Source: Candidatus Moraniibacteriota bacterium
Lineage (GTDB): Bacteria > Patescibacteriota > Minisyncoccia > Moranbacterales > UBA1568
Direction of reading: 5' to 3'
Assembly: GCA_052034935.1 (NCBI GenBank)
Contig: JBPOIB010000006.1
Coordinates: forward strand, 537 to 64,536
Length of the DNA: 64,000 bases
This document shows positions 1-9,166 of this stretch, piece by piece. The notes under the pieces are model-generated. The model made no database searches, was not told where the DNA came from, and saw nothing but the letters and a program-made list of their open reading frames with translations. Position 1 is the first letter of the stretch, and every line of letters starts with the position of its first letter. A program made the position numbers and the translations under genes.

Positions 1-611
1 ATTTGAATGTCCGCAAATATTCTGTTTGCACAAAATACTCACGGACACTTCAGTTGACGATGAAGAATGTTTGCGCAGACTTCACCGTTTGTATTGCTTG
101 CCATATCACGTCCCTTGACGAAACATGATACGACGACCTTACAACTTTGACTTTTAAGCATACTCGTCATAGCCCCGCGCATGCGGCCTACTTCTCAGAC
201 GTGCTTACAAAGACTTCAATGAATTGTTAAGTTTTCTTGCGCGGAAAGACGAAATCTCGGAGACAAGTTTCTCACCCAAACCTCTCTCTTTCCGAACAAT
301 CAGTTATCTAAAGTGCAACTGCTTTTCAAAACAAAACTTCGACCCGTGAGCCGAAGATTTTTCGTACCCAATCTGTGTCTATTCAGTTTCAGTTGAGTTT
401 CACAGTTGGCGTGTCTTTTTCCCGTTTCTAAAGCGGTTTTTCTATCTTATAGAAGCATCCGAATACTGTCAAGTATTTCACCAAAGAGGGGCCGAGACCC
501 TTCTGACCGAAGTGGAAATTCCTGGTTTTAAGCAAGAAAAAACGCTCACTGCTGGGGGCAATGAGCGGTCGAGGCGCCTGGTTTCGGGCGCTACTGGTTG
601 CGGTGGGATGG

Positions 612-1424
612 TCAGCCGCCGTCGTGCATGGCCGGATGGCCATGGTCGTGGCCATTGCCACGCGAACGCGGATCGCGCTCACGGCCACTGCCGGTGCGGC
701 GCGAGCGACCGGCGAGGGCAGCAGCGAGGAGGATCCCCAACCCGGGCGGCATGCCTTCCGGCAGACCATCTTCTTCTTCGGCGCCGAACAAGGCAGCCAG
801 CTCGGGCGGCATGCCCGGCGGCAGGCTGCTGCGTCGGCCCTGGCTCGCGCGTGACTGTTGCACCATGCCGACACAGCTGTTGATCAGGACGTGCAGCAAA
901 CGCATGCGCCGCGCATCGAGGGCACCGGTGCCACCGAGGATCATCTCCAGGACATGGCTTGTGTTGCGGATCTGTTGGCGGCCGTCACCTTCGTCCGGAC
1001 GCGCGAGGAGCGCTTCCAGCTTGGCGATCGTCCCCGGATCACCAGCGGTGCCGATCAGGTCGTCGGGATCGATGTACCAGCGGTCGGCCTCGGGCGCCGG
1101 CAGATCGCGGTACCACTGCAGCTGCTCGATGCCGGCACCCTGCTGAACGATGGTTTCGGGACCGACATGGCCGTACTGTCGGCCATCGTGATTGACGAAG
1201 GCCTCGGCATGGTCGTCCCAGCGCCAGGGACCCTTCGTGTCGCGCACGATGGACAGCGCTCCGACGGACTTCACCGAGAAGTCGAACCAGGTGCCGCCGC
1301 AGCTCGCGAGAACCAGGATCCGGTGGTTGCGATGCACCGGGCAATCGAGGTTGGTGATGGCGTCGCCCGGACGCAGATTCTGCATGATGCGGGAGAGACG
1401 GGCATGAGACTTGGGCTTGGGCAT
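612..1424 (-). CDS. Hypothetical protein in a high-GC pocket. The C-terminal region has tandem GMPP(E/G)L-type repeats.
   Basis: The ORF has balanced amino-acid composition (W/Y/K/N/F), unlike the D/G/R-rich opposite-strand ORF 858..1439. A GGAG lies 8 nt upstream of the ATG. The nucleotide motif cgggcggcatgcc is repeated in the 3' part. No recognisable domain. Confidence 0.45.
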   Translation of the reverse strand: MPKPKSHARLSRIMQNLRPGDAITNLDCPVHRNHRILVLASCGGTWFDFSVKSVGALSIVRDTKGPWRWDDHAEAFVNHDGRQYGHVGPETIVQQGAGIEQLQWYRDLPAPEADRWYIDPDDLIGTAGDPGTIAKLEALLARPDEGDGRQQIRNTSHVLEMILGGTGALDARRMRLLHVLINSCVGMVQQSRASQGRRSSLPPGMPPELAALFGAEEEDGLPEGMPPGLGILLAAALAGRSRRTGSGRERDPRSRGNGHDHGHPAMHDGG

Positions 1425-1544
1425 GGAGTGCTCCAGTAGGTTGTCGATGGACTGGGGTTCTGCTCAGGCTCTCGCTTGGCAGATGTATATCTAATCAGAT
1501 AAGCTCGATTCTGTCAAGACTAAAGAGATAGGTTATAGCGTGAG

Positions 1545-2699
1545 CTAACGTTTCCCAATTAAGAGATCAAGAAAGGCTTGGCCGGACTTCGACCAGGTGA
1601 AGTGCTGGCGCTCTACGAGTGCGCGAGCATGGAGTTTCATCTGAAAAGACTTGTCTTTGGTGATCTCGCGGAGCGCCTGGAGGATCTCATCCGGCCGATA
1701 CGGATCAATGAGGACGCCCGCTTCGCCGATCACTTCAGGCAATGCTGCCGAATGCGACGCGATGACCGGCGTGCCGCAAGACAGGGCTTCGAGCGGCGGA
1801 AAGCCGAAGCCCTCATAGAAGGACGGATAGATGAAAACGCTCGCGAGATTGTAGAGCGCCGGCTTGTCGGCATCATCGACGAAGCCAATCAGGTGGATTG
1901 CTTCTTTCACTGGCGACTCTTCGATCGCTTTGAACAGAGCTTCGTAGTTCCAGCCGGGCCGACCGGCAAGTACCAGCTCATACCTCGCCATTTCTCCAAT
2001 CGCGGTCCGCCGGAAAACCTCAAACGCTTTCAGGAGTGACTCGAGATTCTTGCGCGGCTCAATCGTGCCGAGATAGAGAAAGAATTTGTACGGGAGATGA
2101 TACTTCTCTTGGACCGCTAAGAGGGCGAGATCATTGCGGTTCATTGGAGCAAAACGCTCGTCGACGCCGCTTGGTATCACCCGGATTTTTTCACGCGGAA
2201 TCCCATAGATGCTCGAGAGATCATCCTGGGTCGATTCGGAAACAGCAATCACACGATCGGCGCGGCGGAGCAGTCCCCGGAAATTCACGGCGAAATGCCA
2301 CAACCGCTGCTTCCGGGAAAAGAACTCCGGAAAGAGCTCGAACGAAAGATCATGTGCGGTCACGAATACCTTCGTCTTTCTCGAGAAGGCCGCGAAGTTG
2401 AGGTTTGGCATGAAGAATACGTCGACCCCGCCGATGAGCCGGTCTAATTTCGGATAGCGGAAATACCAGAGTGAGAAATTGAGCAGTTTGTTCGGAATCC
2501 GGAAGCGCCGGACCCTGACATGGGCGAATCCGTCGACCCAAGACAAGTCGGGCTCAGCCTTGCCCCAGGCGTTATAAAAGAGGACGTACTCGTGTTCCCC
2601 TCCGGATCGGAAGAGCTCCTTCAAGAGGCCGATTGTGTATTCTTCCACGCCGGTCCGGCGGCCCGCCGCGAGCGAACGGATATCGATACCAATGCGCAT
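1545..2699 (-). CDS. Glycosyltransferase family 1 (GT4-type).
   Basis: N-terminal MRIGID motif. C-terminal EGFGFPPLEALSCGTPVIAS motif typical of GT4 retaining glycosyltransferases. Confidence 0.8.
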   Translation of the reverse strand: MRIGIDIRSLAAGRRTGVEEYTIGLLKELFRSGGEHEYVLFYNAWGKAEPDLSWVDGFAHVRVRRFRIPNKLLNFSLWYFRYPKLDRLIGGVDVFFMPNLNFAAFSRKTKVFVTAHDLSFELFPEFFSRKQRLWHFAVNFRGLLRRADRVIAVSESTQDDLSSIYGIPREKIRVIPSGVDERFAPMNRNDLALLAVQEKYHLPYKFFLYLGTIEPRKNLESLLKAFEVFRRTAIGEMARYELVLAGRPGWNYEALFKAIEESPVKEAIHLIGFVDDADKPALYNLASVFIYPSFYEGFGFPPLEALSCGTPVIASHSAALPEVIGEAGVLIDPYRPDEILQALREITKDKSFQMKLHARALVERQHFTWSKSGQAFLDLLIGKR

Positions 2700-2753
2700 A
2701 GTTAATCTTTCGTCTCTTACGTGCTCTGAAATACGGTGTTTGTTTCGGTGCAG

Positions 2754-3389
2754 CTAACGGCTTTTGGATTCATCCTGTCTCTGTCCGCCCTGCCAGTACC
2801 AGCGGATGAGCACCGCCCAGAACGCGATGAGCGCGCCTGAGACGAGCGCAATGAGAAGCGACTTCATGAGCGTAAACCGCCCGTCTTTCACGAAGGGATC
2901 AGTCGCGAGGAGCGTGAACCAATTACGTTCGCGCGCCTGCTCATTCAGACTCGCCGTATAGCGTTCCCCGGTTTCGAGCATGGCATCGGCGAGACGCTTC
3001 GCTTCAGTCGGTGTCTTCGCGCGATACTTCACCTGGATGAGCTGCGACGAGGTCCGCAAAGCCTGGACTTTGCCCTTGATGAAAAATTCGCTAGGCTCGG
3101 CAGAAAGTTCGGCGCGTTCGGCGATCATCTGCATGCCAATACCGGATTCGAGATAACGCGCGATGGTATCAGCCATCCGCTCGTCCGCCTGCAATCGGTA
3201 GAACTGATCATATCGGTAATCAACCGTATCCTCTGCGGCGATGCGCGTCACCGAAAGGAGCACCGTGCCGGTGTACCACTGAGCCTGGAGGCGGTAGCTG
3301 AGAAGGCCGCCGAGGAGAGCAGCAACAATGATCCCTGTGATAAGCCGTTTCTCTCGAGTGAAAATGGCGATGAATTCCCGGAGCTCCAT
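2754..3389 (-). CDS. Wzz-like polysaccharide chain-length determinant / polysaccharide co-polymerase-like membrane protein.
   Basis: TM helices at both ends flank a soluble coiled region. Located between two GT4 genes. The start was moved to the internal Met (MELREF) to avoid overlap with the next gene. Confidence 0.5.
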   Translation of the reverse strand: MELREFIAIFTREKRLITGIIVAALLGGLLSYRLQAQWYTGTVLLSVTRIAAEDTVDYRYDQFYRLQADERMADTIARYLESGIGMQMIAERAELSAEPSEFFIKGKVQALRTSSQLIQVKYRAKTPTEAKRLADAMLETGERYTASLNEQARERNWFTLLATDPFVKDGRFTLMKSLLIALVSGALIAFWAVLIRWYWQGGQRQDESKSR

Positions 3390-3408
3390 AGATATTAAAA
3401 AGTGATGG

Positions 3409-4536
3409 CTAGACTGTTTTCTTGCTGCCCTGCTCGGCCAGATGAGTCGCAACGAGCACCTCTACTGCGCTCTGTATCTTAGCCCGAAAAAGCGCCTTGT
3501 CAAACCGTTCGGCATGCTGGCGGATGAGTCCGCTATCGTACGTCTTGCTCTGGAATTTCCGGACCGCTTCCGACAAAGATTCTGGTGTCTGCTCATCGAA
3601 GAATTCCCCCATCTTCCCCTCTTCAAGGTGCTCCACGATATCACCGCCCCGATACGCGATAACTGGTCGCCCCGAAGCGAAGGCCTCTTCGGCGACGATG
3701 CCAAAATCCTCTTCCTGCGGAAAGATGAACGCTTGGCATTTGGCATAGTATTTGGGGAGTGCCTCGTCCGGGACACGGCCGAGAAACTCGATTGTCGGTC
3801 CGGCGATTTTTTTCAAGCGATCGAATTCCGGACCGCGGCCGATAATCTTGAGCGGCAGTTTCAGCCGATTGAAGGCCTCAATCGCGATGTCGTGGCGCTT
3901 GTAGGCGATGAGACGGCCAACCATGAGAAAATAATCCTGGCACTCACTTTCCGGAGCGACCGAAAACGAGGCAATGTCGACCGGTGGATGGATGACAACG
4001 GAGTCCTTGCGATAGTACTTGGCAATCCGTGCCTGAACGAATTTCGAGTTGGCGATGTAGTGGTCGACCCGATCAGCAGACGCTTTGTCCCAAAGCCGAA
4101 TCGGGTTCATGAAGAACGGCACAAGCTTCTTTATGAAGCGCGGAAAGCCGAAATCTTGCGTGTATTTCTGACAGTCATCCCAGGCATAACGCATCGGTGT
4201 ATGAACATAAGAAATATGAAGCGTCTCCGGTCGCGTGATAATCCCCTTCGCATAGCTGGAAGAATCCGAGAGAACGACATCGTATTTCGAGAAATCAAAG
4301 CTCTCAATCGCGGCCGGCATGAGCGGAGGAAACAACCGGTGATGCTTCCTTGCGAAACGCGACTTCTGAAGAAACGACGTGTATATCCGCTTGTCAGCGA
4401 ACTTGCCGTGCATCGCTTCCGGATCATGGAGGAGCGTATAAATCGGTGCGTACGGCCAGATCTCGGTAAACGCTTCGAGCACGCGCTCGGCGCCGCCGTA
4501 CTGCACCAGATAGTCATGGACGAGAGCGATTTTCAT
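3409..4536 (-). CDS. Glycosyltransferase family 1 (GT4-type).
   Basis: MKIALVHDYLVQYGGAERV N-terminus. EDFGIVAEEAFASGRPVIAY motif. Confidence 0.8.
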   Translation of the reverse strand: MKIALVHDYLVQYGGAERVLEAFTEIWPYAPIYTLLHDPEAMHGKFADKRIYTSFLQKSRFARKHHRLFPPLMPAAIESFDFSKYDVVLSDSSSYAKGIITRPETLHISYVHTPMRYAWDDCQKYTQDFGFPRFIKKLVPFFMNPIRLWDKASADRVDHYIANSKFVQARIAKYYRKDSVVIHPPVDIASFSVAPESECQDYFLMVGRLIAYKRHDIAIEAFNRLKLPLKIIGRGPEFDRLKKIAGPTIEFLGRVPDEALPKYYAKCQAFIFPQEEDFGIVAEEAFASGRPVIAYRGGDIVEHLEEGKMGEFFDEQTPESLSEAVRKFQSKTYDSGLIRQHAERFDKALFRAKIQSAVEVLVATHLAEQGSKKTV

Positions 4537-4539
4537 AGC

Positions 4540-4884
4540 TTAGCCGGTGATATGCTCATACTGTCCATACTTCCAGGCTGGCGCACAGCTGATAAAAAGC
4601 GACATATTTCCTTCCCAATAAAATTTTTCACCTGGTTCGATCAAGACTACGTCTCCGGGCTCGAGCGACGTTTCCTCCTCTTCTGTGACAAGCTTACCGG
4701 AACCGCTTACGATATATGCCGTCTCGGCCGAGACACGGTTCAAGACCCAGCCCTCGTCCGGATAGCGGCCACTGATTTTTGCAATCGCCGCATCAACCCG
4801 CTCATCTTCCAAACGATATTCCGACATGAGGCAGGTCTCGCCATGCTGAAACTTTTCCGCTTCTATCGATGCAATTTTTTTCAT
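4540..4884 (-). CDS. Cupin-domain protein (small cupin_2-like barrel).
   Basis: 114 aa with a GDVVLIEPGEKFYWEG motif typical of cupins. Adjacent to sugar-modifying genes. Confidence 0.55.
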   Translation of the reverse strand: MKKIASIEAEKFQHGETCLMSEYRLEDERVDAAIAKISGRYPDEGWVLNRVSAETAYIVSGSGKLVTEEEETSLEPGDVVLIEPGEKFYWEGNMSLFISCAPAWKYGQYEHITG

Positions 4885-5052
4885 ACAGCCTTATTGGGAG
4901 TGCTCATAAAAGGTTATCTCTATAGTACTCTACTTCACTCGCCGCCCGCGAGGCTCGACAAAATGAAGTTTCTATGGAATAATGTTTTTTCTCGTCTTGG
5001 GCCGAAGCTGTCGGAAGGGTTCCGAAAGCGTCCACCCCGAGAGGAGACTGCC

Positions 5053-5448
5053 ATGACTCGTCGCATTCGCGTCATCATCGAAACAAGAGGGCCTGTCCAG
5101 AACTACGAGGCGCACGTCGCCCGCCCTCTGGCCTGCATCGTGGCCAACGCGTTCGAGAACACGGTCGAGCCGGTCGAGCCGATCCTGCCCGAGCAGGTCG
5201 AGATCGAACATCGCGATGACATCTTGCTCGAGGAGATGATCGTGGTCGCCATCTCCATCGACACGAGCTACGACGACCACCACATCCGTGAGAAGGATGC
5301 GCTCAGTGCCCGGATCGCCCAAGCGATTCACCAGAACGGCATGTTCCGCTGCCGTGGTCACCACGAGCCCAACGTCCAAAACCCGACCAGCAGGGTTCGT
5401 CTCGAAATCAATCTGGGCGTCCGGCTGCCGAGTCTCGAAACAGCCTGA
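5053..5448 (+). CDS. Hypothetical small protein, member P0 of a six-member paralogous family (see findings).
   Basis: GAGGAGACTGCC lies directly upstream of the ATG, nearly identical to the sequence upstream of P4. High GC. Shares the N-terminal MTRRIRVIIE motif and the DDHHIREKDAL motif with P3/P4/P5. Lies inside a long antisense shadow ORF (3442..5448). Confidence 0.55.
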   Translation: MTRRIRVIIETRGPVQNYEAHVARPLACIVANAFENTVEPVEPILPEQVEIEHRDDILLEEMIVVAISIDTSYDDHHIREKDALSARIAQAIHQNGMFRCRGHHEPNVQNPTSRVRLEINLGVRLPSLETA

Positions 5449-5477
5449 AGCTTCGAGCGCCAAGCCGCCAACCCGAA

Positions 5478-5518
5478 CGCTCCCGGACCTCACATGGTTC
5501 TGGAGCGCTTTCTTTTTT
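5478..5518 (+). terminator. Rho-independent terminator after P0. Its T-run overlaps the stop codon of the convergent metalloprotease gene.
   Basis: CGCTCC...GGAGCG stem followed by CTTTCTTTTTT. Confidence 0.5.
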
Positions 5519-6467
5519 ATGCCGTAGCGAGTTCCCAAACTTTGCGAAGGTCCCGATAAAGCAAATCCCAGACGGTGACCGAACAGACTCCGATGAGGGC
5601 GGATTCATCTTCTTTTGAAAGGGCCAAGTTTTCTACGTTCTGCTCTCCCATCATCGGGTACATGATCGATTCCGGATTGTCGACGTGGCCAAGACCGAGC
5701 GCATGTCCCAACTCATGAGTGAGCACCATGCGCAGATGGTTCCGATCATCAAATTGGTAGATATCGATTCCTTCGCCGTTGTAGATGCCCTGATCGAAAG
5801 CCTCCCCAGTCCCGTAGACTTCGGTGAATTCATCGAGCTCAGCATTGTAACGGTCGATGATCTTTTCCTCTTCCTTCGCGTATCGATTGACGTCGGCAAC
5901 GAGTCCGTTCACCTTCTGACGCTTTGCCTCGAGCATGTTCTGATCGCGCTCGAGCGCCCGCTCCTCATCGCGAAGCCACTCAATTTCGTCTTCGTCCGTT
6001 CGGTCGCTCTCGTTCCATTTGATGACGCGGATATTGTAGCGCTTCAGCCTCGCTTCAAAAGCTGCAAGTGATGAATCATAGTCCTGCCGCGCCGACTTGA
6101 GCTCGGCTGCCAGTCGATTGTATTTTTCCTTGATACTCTCCTGCTTCGACTGAACGGTCGTAAGCTCCTGTTCCAGCTTCTGACTCTCAATGGTCCGTGC
6201 TTGACGTTCGTCGAAAATGAGATTGACTGGGAAAGCCGCCGTCTCATCGTAACGAAAGAGATCACGACGAACCGATATTTCCCATGGTTCTTCGGCTTCG
6301 GCGAGCGCCGCCTGAAAATCAGCTTTCGAGATACCAAAGCGTTCGTCGAATTGGCCGATGGTATACGCCAAGGCAATCCGGCACGGTACGCGTGACGATT
6401 CAAACGCATAGAGTCCGCCAAAAGCCGCGATGATGATGAGAATCCAGAGAGAAATCCGCTTGGTCAT
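5517..6467 (-). CDS. Matrixin-like (M10 family) zinc metalloprotease. Has an N-terminal TM anchor and a long coiled-coil region.
   Basis: HELGHALGLGH (HExxHxxGxxH) zinc-binding motif followed by a Met-turn-like IMYP. N-terminal hydrophobic helix. Confidence 0.65.
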   Translation of the reverse strand: MTKRISLWILIIIAAFGGLYAFESSRVPCRIALAYTIGQFDERFGISKADFQAALAEAEEPWEISVRRDLFRYDETAAFPVNLIFDERQARTIESQKLEQELTTVQSKQESIKEKYNRLAAELKSARQDYDSSLAAFEARLKRYNIRVIKWNESDRTDEDEIEWLRDEERALERDQNMLEAKRQKVNGLVADVNRYAKEEEKIIDRYNAELDEFTEVYGTGEAFDQGIYNGEGIDIYQFDDRNHLRMVLTHELGHALGLGHVDNPESIMYPMMGEQNVENLALSKEDESALIGVCSVTVWDLLYRDLRKVWELATA

Positions 6468-6496
6468 AGGTTTCCACTATCATAGCATTCTGGCTC

Positions 6497-6525
6497 TCTC
6501 AAGCCTTTGACAGCACAGTTTCACA
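6497..6525 (+). promoter_or_regulatory. Sigma-70-like promoter for the P1-P5 operon.
   Basis: TTGACA, a 17-nt spacer, then TAGTAT. GGAG precedes the P1 ATG at 6591. Confidence 0.5.
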
Positions 6526-6590
6526 TTGCTAGTATCCGCTCGAAGAATGACCTCTTCCCCTTCTTTAAAAACCCCTACCGGAGCTATCCT

Positions 6591-6893
6591 ATGCGTATCC
6601 GTATCATCGGTCCCGCCCTGGCTGATCCGGCCCAAAGGATCAGGTCCGAGCGACTTCTCGACTTTGTCGGTTGCACCCTCGAAGCGGATGGCCAGGCAGT
6701 CACTGCACTCCGCAGACTGCATCCGACGCTTCCGAATCACCCCCGGACCTACGGCGTCGCGATCGCCGATGTGCTGGAAGCGCTCGCTTTGAAACCGAGC
6801 ATTCACCCCGAAGCGATTCCTGCCTGGGGTGGACTCATCGAGAGTTGCCTCGTTTACTTCCCAGCCGACTCAGTCGAATCCCTCACTGATTGA
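6591..6893 (+). CDS. Hypothetical small protein, family member P1.
   Basis: Starts MRIRIIGP. The C-terminus IPAWGGLIESC is related to the P5 C-terminus IPVECGELIES. High GC. Confidence 0.55.
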   Translation: MRIRIIGPALADPAQRIRSERLLDFVGCTLEADGQAVTALRRLHPTLPNHPRTYGVAIADVLEALALKPSIHPEAIPAWGGLIESCLVYFPADSVESLTD

Positions 6894-6904
6894 AGGAGCC
6901 CATC

Positions 6905-7219
6905 ATGCCGAAGACATTCCGCATCGTCAAAGCTCCTCCTCAATTGGAGCGTTCACCTGAAGCCCTGGAGAGCCTTGTCGGTCTCGAATTCGAAGATGAT
7001 CCGGCGCGAGTCGAGGAGATCATCAATGCATTCCCCTACATCCCTCAAGTCCCGGATTGCTTCATCGCCGTCGACGCGAAAGTCATCCTGCGGGCGCTTT
7101 GGAAGTTCCGAAGCTACGCAGCCTACCGCTACTGGACCCAGTTCGCTTTCGTCTTCCCACTCCTGTACATCCCAGTTTGGTGTTGCGAGACGCTGGACGA
7201 CAACCCTCAAGGAGTCTGA
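6905..7219 (+). CDS. Hypothetical small protein, family member P2.
   Basis: AAGGAG lies upstream of the ATG. C-terminal YIPVWCCETLDD motif. Abuts P3 with a 0-nt gap. Confidence 0.5.
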   Translation: MPKTFRIVKAPPQLERSPEALESLVGLEFEDDPARVEEIINAFPYIPQVPDCFIAVDAKVILRALWKFRSYAAYRYWTQFAFVFPLLYIPVWCCETLDDNPQGV

Positions 7220-7535
7220 CATGGCCACGATTTACGTCTTCATCTATCAAGCCCCGAGGAGCGGAGTCCATCCAGAACTGGCGAAAAAGCTCCTCGGTCT
7301 CGTCGTGCCGGTCTGGGACTACCTCCTCATCGGCACCCAGGAAGCGCTCTACCCCTGGGAGGACGCGACGGTCTATTCGGTCTGCAATGACGACATCCGC
7401 GAAGCCCTCGTCTCGCACTACGGCCCGAATACCGCCGAAACCCTGTACCCCTTTCTCCCGGTCGGCCAGGCAACCAAAGTCCCGGTCGACTGTTGCGAGA
7501 TCCGCCCCTGCCCGCCAACCACGAGAGGAGACTGA
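7220..7535 (+). CDS. Hypothetical small protein, family member P3.
   Basis: DDIREAL motif. C-terminal VPVDCCEI motif. Ends 2 nt before P4. Confidence 0.55.
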
Positions 7536-7537
7536 CC

Positions 7538-7846
7538 GTGAAGAAGACCCTTATCATCCGTACGGCGCCAGTCGTGCGCATCAACTCCGCGCTCGCTGCC
7601 GCCATTGTCGGCATCACCATCGGTCTACGCCCGGAACTCTACGTCTGGACAACTGAACCGACCGACCCGACGCAGGGCGACTTCTACTACGTCCACAACG
7701 ATGACCTGCGCGAAGCGCTGACCGTACGCGACGGCATCACCGCCGCCTCGGCCTGGTTCGAATACCTGCCGCTCGGCCGTGTCACCAGCGTCGAGTGCGT
7801 CTGCTGCGAACTGATCGATTCCGCAGTCGAAACTGTCAGGACCTGA
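7538..7846 (+). CDS. Hypothetical small protein, family member P4 (GTG start).
   Basis: GAGAGGAGACTGACC followed by GTG. DDLREAL motif. C-terminal VECVCCELIDS motif. Ends 2 nt before P5. Confidence 0.5.
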   Translation: MKKTLIIRTAPVVRINSALAAAIVGITIGLRPELYVWTTEPTDPTQGDFYYVHNDDLREALTVRDGITAASAWFEYLPLGRVTSVECVCCELIDSAVETVRT

Positions 7847-7848
7847 TC

Positions 7849-8145
7849 ATGCGACGGATTCGAATTATCCGACCCATACCCCCGAGTGTACTCCGAGAAT
7901 CGGAAACGATGCGGCGAGCCCTTGTCGGAACAGTCGTACAGGTCGATGGTCCCGCCGTCGCCGCACGACGAGAGCGCTACCCGGGCATCGCTCCACGCGT
8001 TCCCGAGACGTATGAAGCGACGCTCGATGAAGTACTCCTCGCACTCGGCAAACTGGGACGCTATGAAGCTGAGATGGACTGGCGCATCGTCGCGCCACAT
8101 ATCGTCGGCATTCCAGTCGAATGCGGCGAACTCATCGAATCCTGA
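7849..8145 (+). CDS. Hypothetical small protein, family member P5.
   Basis: Starts MRRIRIIRP. DEVLLALGKL parallels DVLEALALKP in P1. C-terminal IPVECGELIES. Confidence 0.55.
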   Translation: MRRIRIIRPIPPSVLRESETMRRALVGTVVQVDGPAVAARRERYPGIAPRVPETYEATLDEVLLALGKLGRYEAEMDWRIVAPHIVGIPVECGELIES

Positions 8146-8165
8146 CCGCGCCATCGCGCGCACCA

Positions 8166-8201
8166 AGAGGCGACCCTGACCCGGTCTGCCTCTTTTCTTT
8201 T
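8166..8201 (+). terminator. Rho-independent terminator closing the P1-P5 operon.
   Basis: AGAGGC...GCCTCT stem followed by TTTCTTTTG. Confidence 0.5.
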
Positions 8202-8329
8202 GTCTTTACAAATCGGCTCGACAGTGGAAGAATAGCCTCTCGTCTCAAGTCAAGACTGCCGGAAATCTCTCCGTCGGTGCTCAGCCCAAGATGAGAAGCC
8301 CTTTGAAAACCATCCCCCAGGAGATCTCG

Positions 8330-8740
8330 ATGTCCACCCTTTGCCCCCTCCTTACCGTGTTCGTCGGACCCGATGTCGAAATGAACACCCCTACGCCGGC
8401 CGACGCCGCCAAGGTCGTTGCCCAGCTCGTCGCCCAGCTCATCAACCATCGCCGTGAAGAAGGCGAACGTTGCGGCGACAGCGACATTGCCGTCCGCTTC
8501 TTCCACGCAACCGAAGGCTCGGTCGTACTCCTCAACTGCGGCGATGTTTCGCTCACGCTCGAGCTCCACGAAGACGACGTTGACCGCCGTGATGAGGAAG
8601 GCCTGCGGGAATTCGTCGACGACATCTGTACGGCGATCACGAACCACGGCCCGTTCTCGAAGGGAGGCAATCCCGATGCCCTCGTCGTGCACTGCCAATT
8701 GGACTGGCGGCGGCACATGGCCCGCGAAATCCTGTTCTAA
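8330..8740 (+). CDS. Hypothetical protein (136 aa) in the same high-GC cluster.
   Basis: AGGAG lies 5 nt upstream of the ATG (MSTLCPLL). Acidic protein with no recognisable domain. The antisense ORF 8132..8782 was rejected. Confidence 0.45.
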   Translation: MSTLCPLLTVFVGPDVEMNTPTPADAAKVVAQLVAQLINHRREEGERCGDSDIAVRFFHATEGSVVLLNCGDVSLTLELHEDDVDRRDEEGLREFVDDICTAITNHGPFSKGGNPDALVVHCQLDWRRHMAREILF

Positions 8741-8770
8741 TTTCCCAGCCTGCGCCAACACGCGCAAAAA

Positions 8771-8802
8771 AGACGACCCCACAAAGGTCGTCTCGTTTTT
8801 TT
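8771..8802 (+). terminator. Hairpin plus T-run terminator between convergent genes.
   Basis: AGACGACC...GGTCGTCT stem followed by CGTTTTTTT. Confidence 0.5.
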
Positions 8803-9163
8803 ACTGAGTTTTCTTTGCTCGCCAGGAGAGAAGACCAAGACCGAGCGCGGACACGATTTCATACAACACCACCTGTGATGGCGGCACCATGAACATGGCA
8901 ATCGCTCCCTGCGGATCCGGATGGATATAGAAAATATCCGCGAGTGCCCAGCTCGCGAGTACGACGGTAATGAACACTGAGCCAATATTCACGTTCGGAT
9001 GTTCCGACTTCGCCGTCTGTATCACCATAAGGACGTAAGGTAAAAGCATCCATACAATAAAGACGCCATATGCCCCGAGGTTCGAAGGCTTTGCCAACGC
9101 AACGAACCATGCAGCCGACAAGACACCGTAAAGAATGAGCACTCCCGCCAGTATCTTACTCAT
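8801..9163 (-). CDS. Hypothetical integral membrane protein (3-4 TM).
   Basis: Hydrophobic helices throughout. No recognisable motif. Confidence 0.45.
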   Translation of the reverse strand: MSKILAGVLILYGVLSAAWFVALAKPSNLGAYGVFIVWMLLPYVLMVIQTAKSEHPNVNIGSVFITVVLASWALADIFYIHPDPQGAIAMFMVPPSQVVLYEIVSALGLGLLSWRAKKTQ

Positions 9164-9166
9164 AGA

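Noticed and set aside
858-1439. 193-aa plus-strand ORF overlapping the 612..1424 gene.
   Set aside because: D/G/R/A/V-rich composition typical of antisense reading of GC-rich coding DNA. The minus-strand ORF has an RBS and balanced composition.
3442-5448. 668-aa plus-strand ORF spanning the GT4 and cupin genes.
   Set aside because: It is antisense to two well-supported minus-strand genes. Its composition is typical of a shadow ORF and it lacks an RBS. Only its last ~400 nt (5053..5448) carry a real small gene (P0), which has its own RBS.
4972-5538. 188-aa minus-strand ORF.
   Set aside because: Asp/Leu/Arg/Val-rich antisense translation of P0. It overlaps the terminator hairpin and has no RBS.
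8132-8782. 216-aa minus-strand ORF.
   Set aside because: Antisense to 8330..8740, which has a canonical AGGAG-spaced start. The ORF runs through two terminator hairpins.
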